A stretch of 62,545 bases of DNA from Chloroflexota bacterium. GTDB taxonomy: Bacteria > Chloroflexota > Dehalococcoidia > Lucifugimonadales > UBA3495. The notes under the pieces were generated by a model. The model had not been told where the DNA came from. It worked only from the letters and a program-made list of their open reading frames with translations, and ran no database searches. A program made the position numbers and the translations under genes. This document shows positions 15,286 through 24,781 of this stretch, in pieces. The stretch is from the NCBI GenBank assembly GCA_027624135.1, contig JAQBXL010000002.1:1-62545 (forward strand), written 5' to 3'. Positions within the stretch are counted from its first letter, which is position 1, and each line of letters opens with the position of its first letter.

Positions 15286-18108
15286 TTGGCCGACGACATC
15301 ACCATCAGCTTTGATGGCCAAGAGTTCAAGACCCAGGCGGGCAAGATGGTCCTGGAAGCAGCCATCCAAGCCGGTGTCTACATTCCCTACCTTTGTTACC
15401 ACCCCGGAATGGAGTCCTACGGCGCCTGCCGGATGTGCGTGGTCAGCGTGGAAGGAGGGCGCGGCTTTCCCGCCTCCTGCACCCTGCCCGCCGCCGACGG
15501 CATGAAGGTCCAGACCGCTTCAGCCGAGGTCAATGACCTGCGCAAGTCGGTCATGGAGATGCTGATCGCTGAACATCCCAGCGGCTGCCTGACCTGCCAC
15601 CGGGTCGACATCTGCGGCCCCACCGATGTGTGTCTGCGCCACGTTTCGGTCAACGACCGCTGCGTCACCTGCCCCAAGAACGAACGGTGCGAACTCAAGG
15701 ACACTGTTCGTTATCTGGGTATGAACCTGGAATCTCCGCTGAATTACAAATACCGGCAGATACCATTGGAAGTGGCCGATCCATTTTATGACCGCGACTA
15801 CAACCTGTGCATCGTTTGCGGACGCTGTGTCCGTGCCTGCGAGGAACTTCGGGGCGACGATGCCATCGGGTTCACCATGCGCAGCGGACAGGCGTTGGTG
15901 GGCACTTCGTTCGGCACATCCCTGCTGGAGTCGGGCTGCGAATTCTGCGGAGCCTGCATCGATGTCTGTCCCGTGGGCGCTTTGGTCGAGAGGGACAATA
16001 AATGGGATAAACCCCGGACCGTCGAGCGAACCATCTGCCCGCTCTGCCCGGTGGGCTGCCAGTTGAACGTGGAGTACGACAACGAGGGTAAGCTGACCCG
16101 GGTCGTGCCTGAGATCAACTCACCAGCCAACCATGGCCAGGCCTGCTTCAAGGGCAAGTTCGGACTGCAATTCGTGAACGATGCCAGCCGCTTGCACTCG
16201 CCATTGGTGCGCCGGGACGGCCAACTGACCGAAGCGACTTGGGACGAGGCTTTGGAGGTGGTCGCCACTCGTTTTGCCGAGTATTCCGGTGAAGAGTTTG
16301 CTTTTCTCACCTCGCCCAACAGCACCAACGAAGAGCACTACCTGGCCCAGAAATTCGCCCGCTCGGCCATGAAGTCCAACAACATCGATCAGACCTCCAA
16401 TGTTCAGCCTGATCTGACCCGAGCTTTAGAGCAATCCCTGGGCTATGCCGGAGCCACTAACCCCATCTGGGACCTGGAAAAATCGGGGTGCATCTTAGTT
16501 TTCTGCAGCAACGTTACCGAAGAACATAACGTGGTCGGAGTGCCCATAAAACGGGCAGCGCGGAAGAACGCCAAACTGGTGGTTATCGACTCCAGAGAAG
16601 TGGAGTTGACCCGCTACGCGCATCTCTGGTTGCGTCCGGCGCCCGGCACGGAACAATTGCTACTGGGCGGGCTGCTCAAATCAGTGATTGATCAAGGGCT
16701 TCAAGATGATGAATGGCTGGCGGAGAATTGTGAGAGTCCAGCCACGCTCTATTACGCCCTCAGCGCCCTTGATCTGGAAGAAGTTTCGAAAGTAACCCAG
16801 GTCACTGTCGCGGACATCGCCGAAGCCGCCCGTCTGTACGGAGAAGCCGAAACGAGCGCTCTGGTCTACGCTCTAGACAATATTCAGCCCCGATTGGCCA
16901 GGGACACCGTTCTGTCCCTAGTGAATCTGGTTCTGGTGACGGGAAACCTGGGCAAGCCAAATGCCGGCATCTACCCGATGCGCTCTGGCGCAAATGAGCA
17001 AGGCGCCTGGGATGTGGGCTGCGTGCCCGACCGGCTGCCAGGCTACCGCCGCGTATCAGACTCACAGGACCGGCAGGAAGTAGAGGTGATCTGGGGCACT
17101 ACCATCCCCGAGACCCCTGGATTGGGTCTGACCCAGATGATTGATGGCTTTAGGGACGGCCAGGTCAAAGCGGCCTTTATCATCGGGGACAGTCCTAATT
17201 TCAGCAACGGCAAGCTGGGGGACGGGCTGGCCGCCTTAGACAATCTGGATTTTCTAGTGGTCTGCGACACGTTCTTGACCGACGCCGCCCAACGGGCCGA
17301 TGTTGTATTGCCGAGAGCAACCTTCGCCGAGAAAGATGGCACATACACAAATCTGGAGCGGCGTATTCAGCGTCTGAAACCAGGCAGGGAATTGCCTGAA
17401 GGAGGCGCGCGTTCGGATTGGCGGGTGATTCGCGATGTCGCCCACAAGATGGGAGTTCCCGGCTTTCAACTTGCATCGCCCTCTGAGACAATGGACGAGA
17501 TTGCCCGCGTGGCGCCAATTTATGCCGGGATATCTTACCGGACTCTAGCAAACCAGGGTGGTTTGGTATTCAAGACCGATCTGACCAGCCCACAGCCAAC
17601 GCAAGTGCTGTACGCCAGTCGCGAAGACCGGGGGCTACAGTGGCCGGTTCTGAGCGATGGCAAGGGAACGCCAATCTTGTACGAAGGTGGCTTCAACGAC
17701 CGGAAAGCAGAGCCCATCACACCGGCATTCGTGGCGGCGGAGGATCGAGCAGACCCTGATTTCCCACTCTGGTTCGTTCCCGGCAGGGTTCTGCTGCAGC
17801 AAGAACGGGATATCGAGATAGTCAAAGGACGCCGAAATACCATCCGCAGGGATGAATTCGTGGAATTGAATCCCGCTGATGCGGCCTCTTGGTCTATCAC
17901 GGAAGGCGCTAGGGTGGAAGTGGATATGCTTATTGGGCGGCTTGCTGGATTGGCTCGAATCAACGAATCAATCCCTGTCGGTGTCGTCGCTTCCACGTCC
18001 CTCTTCGGGCAATTGGCGGTCGACCTGCAAGGCTCCGAAGAGATGGAGGCCGCAACCAGAGTGCCAGGTTTGGACATCCGCCGGGCACGGATCAACAAGA
18101 TCGGTTAG
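15286..18108 (+). CDS. NuoG / NAD-dependent formate-dehydrogenase alpha-like Fe-S molybdopterin-fold subunit lacking the catalytic Sec/Cys-His pair
   Basis: 940 aa with a TTG start after GAGG. N-terminal 2Fe-2S and multiple 4Fe-4S motifs, and CPLCPVGC...CFKGK. The FdhF-like segments align (TGNLGKPNAGIYPMRSGANEQG). The ...ARVUHGPS... position reads SNVQPDLT. Confidence 0.85.
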   Translation: MADDITISFDGQEFKTQAGKMVLEAAIQAGVYIPYLCYHPGMESYGACRMCVVSVEGGRGFPASCTLPAADGMKVQTASAEVNDLRKSVMEMLIAEHPSGCLTCHRVDICGPTDVCLRHVSVNDRCVTCPKNERCELKDTVRYLGMNLESPLNYKYRQIPLEVADPFYDRDYNLCIVCGRCVRACEELRGDDAIGFTMRSGQALVGTSFGTSLLESGCEFCGACIDVCPVGALVERDNKWDKPRTVERTICPLCPVGCQLNVEYDNEGKLTRVVPEINSPANHGQACFKGKFGLQFVNDASRLHSPLVRRDGQLTEATWDEALEVVATRFAEYSGEEFAFLTSPNSTNEEHYLAQKFARSAMKSNNIDQTSNVQPDLTRALEQSLGYAGATNPIWDLEKSGCILVFCSNVTEEHNVVGVPIKRAARKNAKLVVIDSREVELTRYAHLWLRPAPGTEQLLLGGLLKSVIDQGLQDDEWLAENCESPATLYYALSALDLEEVSKVTQVTVADIAEAARLYGEAETSALVYALDNIQPRLARDTVLSLVNLVLVTGNLGKPNAGIYPMRSGANEQGAWDVGCVPDRLPGYRRVSDSQDRQEVEVIWGTTIPETPGLGLTQMIDGFRDGQVKAAFIIGDSPNFSNGKLGDGLAALDNLDFLVVCDTFLTDAAQRADVVLPRATFAEKDGTYTNLERRIQRLKPGRELPEGGARSDWRVIRDVAHKMGVPGFQLASPSETMDEIARVAPIYAGISYRTLANQGGLVFKTDLTSPQPTQVLYASREDRGLQWPVLSDGKGTPILYEGGFNDRKAEPITPAFVAAEDRADPDFPLWFVPGRVLLQQERDIEIVKGRRNTIRRDEFVELNPADAASWSITEGARVEVDMLIGRLAGLARINESIPVGVVASTSLFGQLAVDLQGSEEMEAATRVPGLDIRRARINKIG

Positions 18109-18184
18109 ACGAAGCTAGATATTGACTGCCACTGGGCCAAAAGGCCAAGTTGCGATAATCATGGCACGAATCCAAGGAGTAAGA

Positions 18185-18952
18185 ATGGCAGAGGTAACAA
18201 CCACGAGGCAGGCCGGCGCTCCGGACCTGACCCCCAACCAAGCGTTCCCAACGGCCAAACTGGTGGAACGCCGGGACGTAACCGAAGACCTGATGGTCAT
18301 CAAGCTGGAACCGTCGGAGCAGTTCAACTTCAAGCCTGGCCAGTACTGCACCTTGGGACTGGGCAAGATTGAACGGGCCTATTCAATAGTCTCGGCACCA
18401 TATGAGAAGAACCTTGAAATCTTCGTGGAACTGGTGCCAGATGGAGAATTGACCCCCCGCATGTGGGATCTGAAGGTCGGTGATCGCATGTCGGTCCGGC
18501 CCAGGGCCAAGGGTATCTTTACGCTTGACCGAAAGATGCACCACCACTTCATGCTATCAACAGTCACCGGAGTGGCCCCGTCGGTAAGCATGGTTCGCCA
18601 GTACCTGCACGACGGCGCCGATGAGAACCACGTTTTCTACATCATGTACGGCGCCAGCTACATCGACGAATTGACCTACGACGTTGAGTTCAATCAACTG
18701 GCCAAAGAGCATCCCGAGACCGTAAAGTTCGTCCCTACGATCAGCCGCCCAACTGAGGCTAAAAACGCCGGTTGGAAGGGTGTCACTGGGCGGGTTAACA
18801 CAATTGCCGAGGAATACTTGGCGAAGTTTAATCTCCCCAAGGACGATACCAAGGTGTACGCTTGCGGCCACCCTGGAATGATCGAAGAGATGAAAGAGAA
18901 GCTTCCACCCCAGGGTTGGAACTTCATCGAAGAGCGCTTCTGGAAACCCTAA
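18185..18952 (+). CDS. Ferredoxin-NADP+ reductase (FNR/Fpr family)
   Basis: RAYSIVS FAD motif and TVTGVAP NADP motif. Start set at ATG 18185, 5 nt after AGGAG. Confidence 0.85.
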   Translation: MAEVTTTRQAGAPDLTPNQAFPTAKLVERRDVTEDLMVIKLEPSEQFNFKPGQYCTLGLGKIERAYSIVSAPYEKNLEIFVELVPDGELTPRMWDLKVGDRMSVRPRAKGIFTLDRKMHHHFMLSTVTGVAPSVSMVRQYLHDGADENHVFYIMYGASYIDELTYDVEFNQLAKEHPETVKFVPTISRPTEAKNAGWKGVTGRVNTIAEEYLAKFNLPKDDTKVYACGHPGMIEEMKEKLPPQGWNFIEERFWKP

Positions 18953-19071
18953 CCCTCACGTAATAAAGCAATTCCGCCGTTCACGGTTCGAAACACGTGA
19001 CCCGCAGATGCTCCCATCGGGCAGGATTGGGAGTAGAATGGCCGGTGTAATCAACAGGGCATGGTTGGGTT

Positions 19072-21657
19072 GTGACGCCGATTCGCCGCCAATATCTCGA
19101 GATCAAGAGCGCCCATCCGGATGCGATACTGCTATTCCGGATGGGCGACTTTTACGAAACCTTTGACGAGGATGCAGAGCTAGCCGCCAAAGAGCTTGAG
19201 ATCACCCTCACCTCCCGAAGTATGGGCCAAGGTCTCCGCGTGCCTCTGGCAGGAGTGCCCGCCCACTCCCTGGACTCCTACCTGGCCCGCCTGGTCAAGA
19301 AGGGCCACAAAGTGGCCATCTGCGAGCAGCTTTCCGACCCGGCTGCTTCGAAGGGATTGGTCGACCGTGGCGTGGTACGGGTGATCACCCCCGGCACCGT
19401 TCTCGAGTCGTCAATCTTGGACCAGAAGACCAATAATTACCTGGCCGCCGTGGCCGAAGGCGACGGCAAGGTTGGCCTGGCCTATGTGGACATCTCCACC
19501 GGCGAGTTCTCGGCCACCGAATTGTCGGCCCATGAATTGCCCCTGGAACTGGAACGCATCGACGCCGCAGAAGTGCTGGTTTCAGAATCAGGTGAACGTC
19601 CATCTTGGGTGCAATCAGGAAATAGCGGGGCCAGGCTCAACTACGAACTGACCTCGGTGGAGTCCAGGTCTTTCCATCCTGACGAAGCACGTCAGGCTTT
19701 GCTGGCCCACTTCGGGATCCTCACGTTGGAGTCCTTCGGCTGCGAAGGTATGGACCTGGCCGTTTCCGCTGCCGGGGCCATCGTGGGATACCTGTCGCGG
19801 ACCCAAAAAGCCGCTAAACTTCAGCTCTCCAACCTCGCCATCTACTCCACCGGCAGCTTCATGGCTCTGGACGCCCAGACACGCCGAAACCTTGAGTTGT
19901 TCACCGCGGGACGTAACGAGAGCAAAGAGCTTTCCCTGTTGACTGCTCTAGACCGCACTAAGACCCCCATGGGCGGCCGGATGCTGCGCCAGTGGCTGGG
20001 CCAACCCTTGCTTGATCTTCCGGAGCTTGAGCAGCGCCTCGATGCGGTTGACTTCTTTTATCAGGATGGCCTTAAACGGGCGTCTACGATCTCGTCCCTG
20101 GCCAAGGTTGCCGACCTGGAACGCGTCGCCGGGCGGATTGTCTCCGGCACGGTTGCTCCCAGGGAACTGGTCGCATTGAAGGACGGCTTGGCTGCGGTGC
20201 CCAGCCTGCGGGATTCGCTGGACGACTCAGGTCTGAACTGGCTGCGGGCCCAACTTACTCCCCTGCCCGATGTCTGCACACTGATTCACGAATCCATTGC
20301 GCCAGACCCTGCTGGTTTGGTGGGCGATGGAAACGTTATACGACCTGGGTTCTCCCCGGAGATTGACGAGCTGAAAAGCGCATCCTCCAACGCCCGGCAG
20401 TTCATCGCTGGTCTGGAACAAAGGGAACGGGAACGCACCGATATCAAGGGCTTGAAGGTGGGGTACAACCAGGTCTTTGGGTACTACATCGAAGTCAGCA
20501 AGTCCAACATGGACAAGGTTCCTGAAGATTACATCCGCCGTCAAACCCTGGTCAACGCTGAGCGGTACATCGTCCCCGAGTTGGAGGAATACGAGTCTCT
20601 GGTGCTGAACGCCCGGGAACGGCTTGAGGAGGCTGAACGGGCTGTCTACCGCAGGGTCTGCGCCCAACTGGCCGAATCAGCGGCTGCCATCAGCCGCGTC
20701 GCCGGTGCCATCGCCAGAGTCGATGTATTCTCCGGCCTAGGCAGCGCGGCGGTGGAGAACGGCTACGTTCGGCCCTCCCTGGACCTGGGCGCTGCCATTC
20801 AGATCAAGAACGGCCGCCACCCGGTCGTTGAACGGGTGCTGGACACCGGGGCTTACGTGCCCAACGATGTAGAGCTATCCAACGGCGACGCTAGGGTAAT
20901 AGTGCTCACCGGACCGAACATGGCTGGCAAGTCCACCTACATCCGGCAGGTCGCAATCATCACCTTGATGGCCCAGGTTGGCAGCTTCGTGCCAGCATCG
21001 GAGGCTAGGATCGGCCTGGTGGACCGGATATTCACAAGAGTGGGGCTGCAAGACGACCTGGCCACTGGGCAGTCCACATTCATGGTCGAGATGGTCGAAA
21101 CCGCGGCCATCTTGAACCAAGCCACGCCTCGTTCTCTCGTGATCTTGGACGAGATTGGCCGGGGCACCAGCACCTATGACGGACTGTCCATCGCCCGCTC
21201 GGTGATCGAACATATCCACAACGACCCAAGACTGGGCTGCAAGACCTTGTTCGCCACCCATTACCACGAACTCACCCGCCTGTCGGCCAGTCTGCCCGGC
21301 GTGCGGAACTTCAGCGTGGCGGTGACGGAAGAAGGCAGCAAAGTCGTGTTCTTGCACAAGATTGTTCCCGGGGGCGCCGATAAGAGTTACGGCGTTCACG
21401 TGGCGCAACTGGCTGGATTGCCCCAGGGTGTGATCAACCGCGCCTGGGAGGTCCTGGCAGAATTGGAGGACCAGAGCACGAAAAACGGGCGAAGGCACGC
21501 TAGGTCAAGATCAGAGCCGGCGCAGCAGATGGCGCTATTCAACGGCGACAGGAAACTGGAAAGCTTGCTCCAAGAGTTGGACATCCCAAACCTGACACCT
21601 ATCGAGGCCATCAATAAGCTCTATGAACTTCAGAAAGAAGCCCGAGAAGGAGCCTGA
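19072..21657 (+). CDS. mutS: DNA mismatch repair protein MutS
   Basis: 861 aa. TPIRRQYLEIK...FRMGDFYE N-terminus and Walker A GPNMAGKST. Confidence 0.97.
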   Translation: MTPIRRQYLEIKSAHPDAILLFRMGDFYETFDEDAELAAKELEITLTSRSMGQGLRVPLAGVPAHSLDSYLARLVKKGHKVAICEQLSDPAASKGLVDRGVVRVITPGTVLESSILDQKTNNYLAAVAEGDGKVGLAYVDISTGEFSATELSAHELPLELERIDAAEVLVSESGERPSWVQSGNSGARLNYELTSVESRSFHPDEARQALLAHFGILTLESFGCEGMDLAVSAAGAIVGYLSRTQKAAKLQLSNLAIYSTGSFMALDAQTRRNLELFTAGRNESKELSLLTALDRTKTPMGGRMLRQWLGQPLLDLPELEQRLDAVDFFYQDGLKRASTISSLAKVADLERVAGRIVSGTVAPRELVALKDGLAAVPSLRDSLDDSGLNWLRAQLTPLPDVCTLIHESIAPDPAGLVGDGNVIRPGFSPEIDELKSASSNARQFIAGLEQRERERTDIKGLKVGYNQVFGYYIEVSKSNMDKVPEDYIRRQTLVNAERYIVPELEEYESLVLNARERLEEAERAVYRRVCAQLAESAAAISRVAGAIARVDVFSGLGSAAVENGYVRPSLDLGAAIQIKNGRHPVVERVLDTGAYVPNDVELSNGDARVIVLTGPNMAGKSTYIRQVAIITLMAQVGSFVPASEARIGLVDRIFTRVGLQDDLATGQSTFMVEMVETAAILNQATPRSLVILDEIGRGTSTYDGLSIARSVIEHIHNDPRLGCKTLFATHYHELTRLSASLPGVRNFSVAVTEEGSKVVFLHKIVPGGADKSYGVHVAQLAGLPQGVINRAWEVLAELEDQSTKNGRRHARSRSEPAQQMALFNGDRKLESLLQELDIPNLTPIEAINKLYELQKEAREGA

Positions 21658-21806
21658 CTCCTGTGTATTTAGCCTCTTGAATCAGCCCCTTTTCTCGGGA
21701 CAAACTTGGGTATAAGATTCGCCAGGGATTTTGACAACCGGTTCTGGTTGGATAGATCATTGGCGGCAGTCGCTCCCAGATTCTTCCAGAGAAGTCGGAG
21801 GATAGA

Positions 21807-22166
21807 TTGAGTCAGACAATCGAATTCTACTGGTGGCCCCGTTGATCGAGCTGCCGTAAAGTAAGAGAGTTGCTCTTACAGAAGGGACTCGAAGTATCGG
21901 ACCGTGACTTCTTCAAAGACGCTTTAAGTGAGGACGAGGTCCAGGAGTTGGCTGCCATGGCCGGCGCTGAGAATATCTTCGCCCGGCGCAGTCCCAGTCT
22001 CAAGAAGTTGGGCCTGGCTGACAAAGTCCTCTCGGACGACGAGATGATTAATCTGATGCTGCAAGAACCCAAGTTGATGCGCCGTCCGCTGCTCAAAGTG
22101 GGTGACAAGATAATGGTCGGGGCTGGGAACGCTGCGGTAGAAGAGGCCATTGCCGAAGCTGGCTAG
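21807..22166 (+). CDS. ArsC/Spx/YffB-family thioredoxin-fold selenoprotein (Sec at codon 13; UxxC)
   Basis: TTG 21807 lies 5 nt after GGAGG. My translation is MSQTIEFYWWPR-U-SSCRKVRELLLQKGLEV..., which continues in frame into ORF 21870..22166. TGA 21843-21845 sits at the family's first CxxC cysteine. MRRPLL motif is present. Confidence 0.78.
21861..21879 (+). promoter_or_regulatory. Candidate bacterial SECIS hairpin for the ArsC-like gene
   Basis: Perfect 7-bp stem GUAAGAG/CUCUUAC with loop AGUUG. Starts 15 nt after the UGA. Confidence 0.6.
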
Positions 22167-22313
22167 CGGCTGTAGACACAGAATGCCCTCGACGATTGTT
22201 TGAATTAACCGGTGAAGTTCAGCAACAGTTCCAGGGGCTGGCCCATCTATAATAGTGATCGGTAAACATTAATCGCTAAAGAAATCTAGAACGAAAAGGC
22301 CCGATACCCACCA

Positions 22314-22751
22314 ATGAAGATATTCTTCGATGTGGACTACACCATCCTTGGGTTGGATAATAGCCTGAGGCCGGACACCAAGGAAACTTTCCAGGCGTTG
22401 TTGGACGAGAATCACGAGATCTATATCTGGTCAGGGATGGGTGAACGTTGGGAAGTCGTCAACAAATTCGAATTGAACCCCTTTGTCAGCGGCGTGTACG
22501 AAAAGCCGACACACCACTTCCACGAACGATTGGAAGAGTTGGGCGTGCCCTTCGAGCCCGACTTTGTCATCGACGACTATCCGGAGGTGGTTGCGGCCTT
22601 CGGCGGAGTGTGGGTCCCACCGTATTTCTTCAATCGCTCAGTGGACCAAGAGATGCAGCGCATCTACAGGATCGCCTGCGATTTTGCCGCCACCGGGACC
22701 TCCGAAGACAAGCAATACCGCAAGAAAGGCACCATAGTTCCCCTCTTCTAA
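22314..22751 (+). CDS. HAD-superfamily hydrolase-like protein
   Basis: 145 aa. N-terminal FFDVDYTI (DxDxT motif I). Confidence 0.6.
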   Translation: MKIFFDVDYTILGLDNSLRPDTKETFQALLDENHEIYIWSGMGERWEVVNKFELNPFVSGVYEKPTHHFHERLEELGVPFEPDFVIDDYPEVVAAFGGVWVPPYFFNRSVDQEMQRIYRIACDFAATGTSEDKQYRKKGTIVPLF

Positions 22752-22790
22752 CCATCTTATTGCCCGTGGTCTACTGGCTGGTGGTGCATC

Positions 22791-24548
22791 ATGCCCATTA
22801 AAGTCCTTACCCGGGACCTGGCCGCCAAGATCGCCGCCGGCGAGGTGGTGGAGCGCCCAGCTTCGGTGGTCAAAGAACTCGTCGAGAATTCCATAGACGC
22901 CGGGGCCAGCCAGATCACGGTGGAGATTAACTCTGGCGGGGTGGAACAGATCAAGGTGGTTGACGACGGCCACGGCATCCCCGCCGAGGAAGTGGCCATC
23001 GCCTTCGAACGGCATGCCACCAGCAAGATAGACAGCCAAGAGCAGTTGTACGCCATCGCCACATTGGGATTCCGCGGCGAAGCCCTACCCAGTATCGCTG
23101 CCGTCTCACGCACGATTTTGACCTCCCGCCAACCCCTAAACACCGGCGGATTCCGTATCGAGCTCCACTGGGGAGAACCAGTGTCTTCCGGCAGCCAAGG
23201 AGGCTCTCCGGGGACCACCGTTGAGGTATCCGACCTGTTTGGGAACCTCCCCGCCCGGCGCAAATTCCTGCGTTCCTCTTCGGCAGAGACCTCTCGTATC
23301 CAGGAACTGGTCAGCCGCTACGCCCTGGTATTTCCAGGGATACGGTTTCAATTGGCAGTGGATGGTCGTGTCTCGTTCACCAGCCCTGGCAACGGCCATC
23401 CCAGAGAAGCCCTGTTGGCGGTTTATGGGCCTCAGGCGGCGACGGCCATGCTGGAGGTCCACGGTGAGGACCAAGAGAGCGGCTACCAGGTGGACGGCTT
23501 CACGGGCGCGCCCAGTTTAACCAGAGCCAACCGCACCTACATGACCTTTTTCATCAACCGGCGCTGGGTCCAGAGCAGGATGCTGTCCTTCGCTGTGGAA
23601 GAGGCCTATATGGGGCTGCTTCAGGTGAAACGCTACCCGCTGTCCTCGTTGAATATCAGCATCCCCTACGAGCATGTGGACGTAAACGCCCACCCCTCCA
23701 AACGAGAGGTGCGCTTCCAGGACGAGAGCCGGGTGTTCTCCACGGTGCAACGCGCGGTGCGGGCAGTGCTGGTGGCCGATTCGCCCGTGCCATCTCTATC
23801 TCCTCCCCCAGGGTCAGACTACCCAGCGGCCGTGGCATCGTCGTTCTTCCCCAGAAGCGCGTTCGGCGGCGTCCGGAACGGCGGCGGTCGTGACAGCGTC
23901 GAGATGCTGGAGCGCACCGGAGGCAGTTTGAGTGGACCGGTTGGCCTCGATCCGGGTATGCCAGCTTCCCGCCAACCTGCGCCGCCCCTTAAAGTGGTAG
24001 GTCAGCTCAAGCTGACCTACATCGTTGCGGAGGGCAGTGAAGGCATGTTCCTGGTGGACCAACATGCGGCCCACGAGCGGGTGCTGTTCGACCGTATCTG
24101 CCAGAAGATGTCGGAGCAAGAGCCCCAAGCGCAGACTCTCTTGGAACCGGTGCCGGTGGAGTTGAGTCCCGCTCAGGGGGACACCCTTAGGGTCAATCGA
24201 GAAGCGTTGGAGAACTACGGATTCCAGTTCGAACCCTTCGGAGACGGCAGTTACCTGTTACGCGCCGTTCCGGCCATCTTCGGGGATAGCGGTCCAGCCA
24301 AGTCTCTGTTGGACGTGCTGGACACGACGGCCTTCGAGGGCTTGGTGCGCCGGAAAGAGGATGTGGTCGCGGCGTCAATCTCATGCCACGGGGCAATACG
24401 GGCGGGGAAACAACTGACTGAGCCGGAGATGGCTGCGCTCTTGGAGCAACTGGAGGCCACTCCAAACCCCCATACCTGCCCCCACGGACGCCCGACCATG
24501 GTCCATTTCAGTTCCAATCACATGGAGAGGGAGTTCGGGCGGCGCTAG
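22791..24548 (+). CDS. mutL: DNA mismatch repair endonuclease MutL
   Basis: 585 aa. AAGEVVERPASVVKELVENSIDAG GHKL ATPase domain and C-terminal DQHAAHERVLFD endonuclease motif. Confidence 0.96.
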   Translation: MPIKVLTRDLAAKIAAGEVVERPASVVKELVENSIDAGASQITVEINSGGVEQIKVVDDGHGIPAEEVAIAFERHATSKIDSQEQLYAIATLGFRGEALPSIAAVSRTILTSRQPLNTGGFRIELHWGEPVSSGSQGGSPGTTVEVSDLFGNLPARRKFLRSSSAETSRIQELVSRYALVFPGIRFQLAVDGRVSFTSPGNGHPREALLAVYGPQAATAMLEVHGEDQESGYQVDGFTGAPSLTRANRTYMTFFINRRWVQSRMLSFAVEEAYMGLLQVKRYPLSSLNISIPYEHVDVNAHPSKREVRFQDESRVFSTVQRAVRAVLVADSPVPSLSPPPGSDYPAAVASSFFPRSAFGGVRNGGGRDSVEMLERTGGSLSGPVGLDPGMPASRQPAPPLKVVGQLKLTYIVAEGSEGMFLVDQHAAHERVLFDRICQKMSEQEPQAQTLLEPVPVELSPAQGDTLRVNREALENYGFQFEPFGDGSYLLRAVPAIFGDSGPAKSLLDVLDTTAFEGLVRRKEDVVAASISCHGAIRAGKQLTEPEMAALLEQLEATPNPHTCPHGRPTMVHFSSNHMEREFGRR

Positions 24549-24781
24549 CAATGACCAAGCATGGTGGCCGCGCGCTGGAATCTGCGGTCCATTCCCTAAT
24601 ATCTGTCATTCTGAGGCGTCAGCCGAAGAATCTGGTGCCTTCTGAAGCGACATTTGCCAAGAACAAAAAGACCCCTCACTACGTTCGGGGTGACAATGGC
24701 GGTCGAAACGGGGCAACGCGTCAATAAGGGCAATCACCGTTTGCGAGGACCAAACCCGGTTGGAAGAGGTGAATCAGGGTG

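Noticed and set aside
15286-18108. FdhA-like gene considered as a fourth selenoprotein.
   Set aside because: The ORF is uninterrupted, and the Sec/Cys position aligns to Gln (CAG, 16405-16407). There is no in-frame TGA.
24605-24695. GTCATTCTGAGG...GAAGAATC and CCCCTCACTACGTTCGGGGTGACA motifs. They resemble short palindromic repeat elements often seen in metagenome-assembled genomes.
   Set aside because: There is only one copy in this window and the two halves are poor inverted repeats of each other. Repeat or MITE status cannot be established without the rest of the genome.
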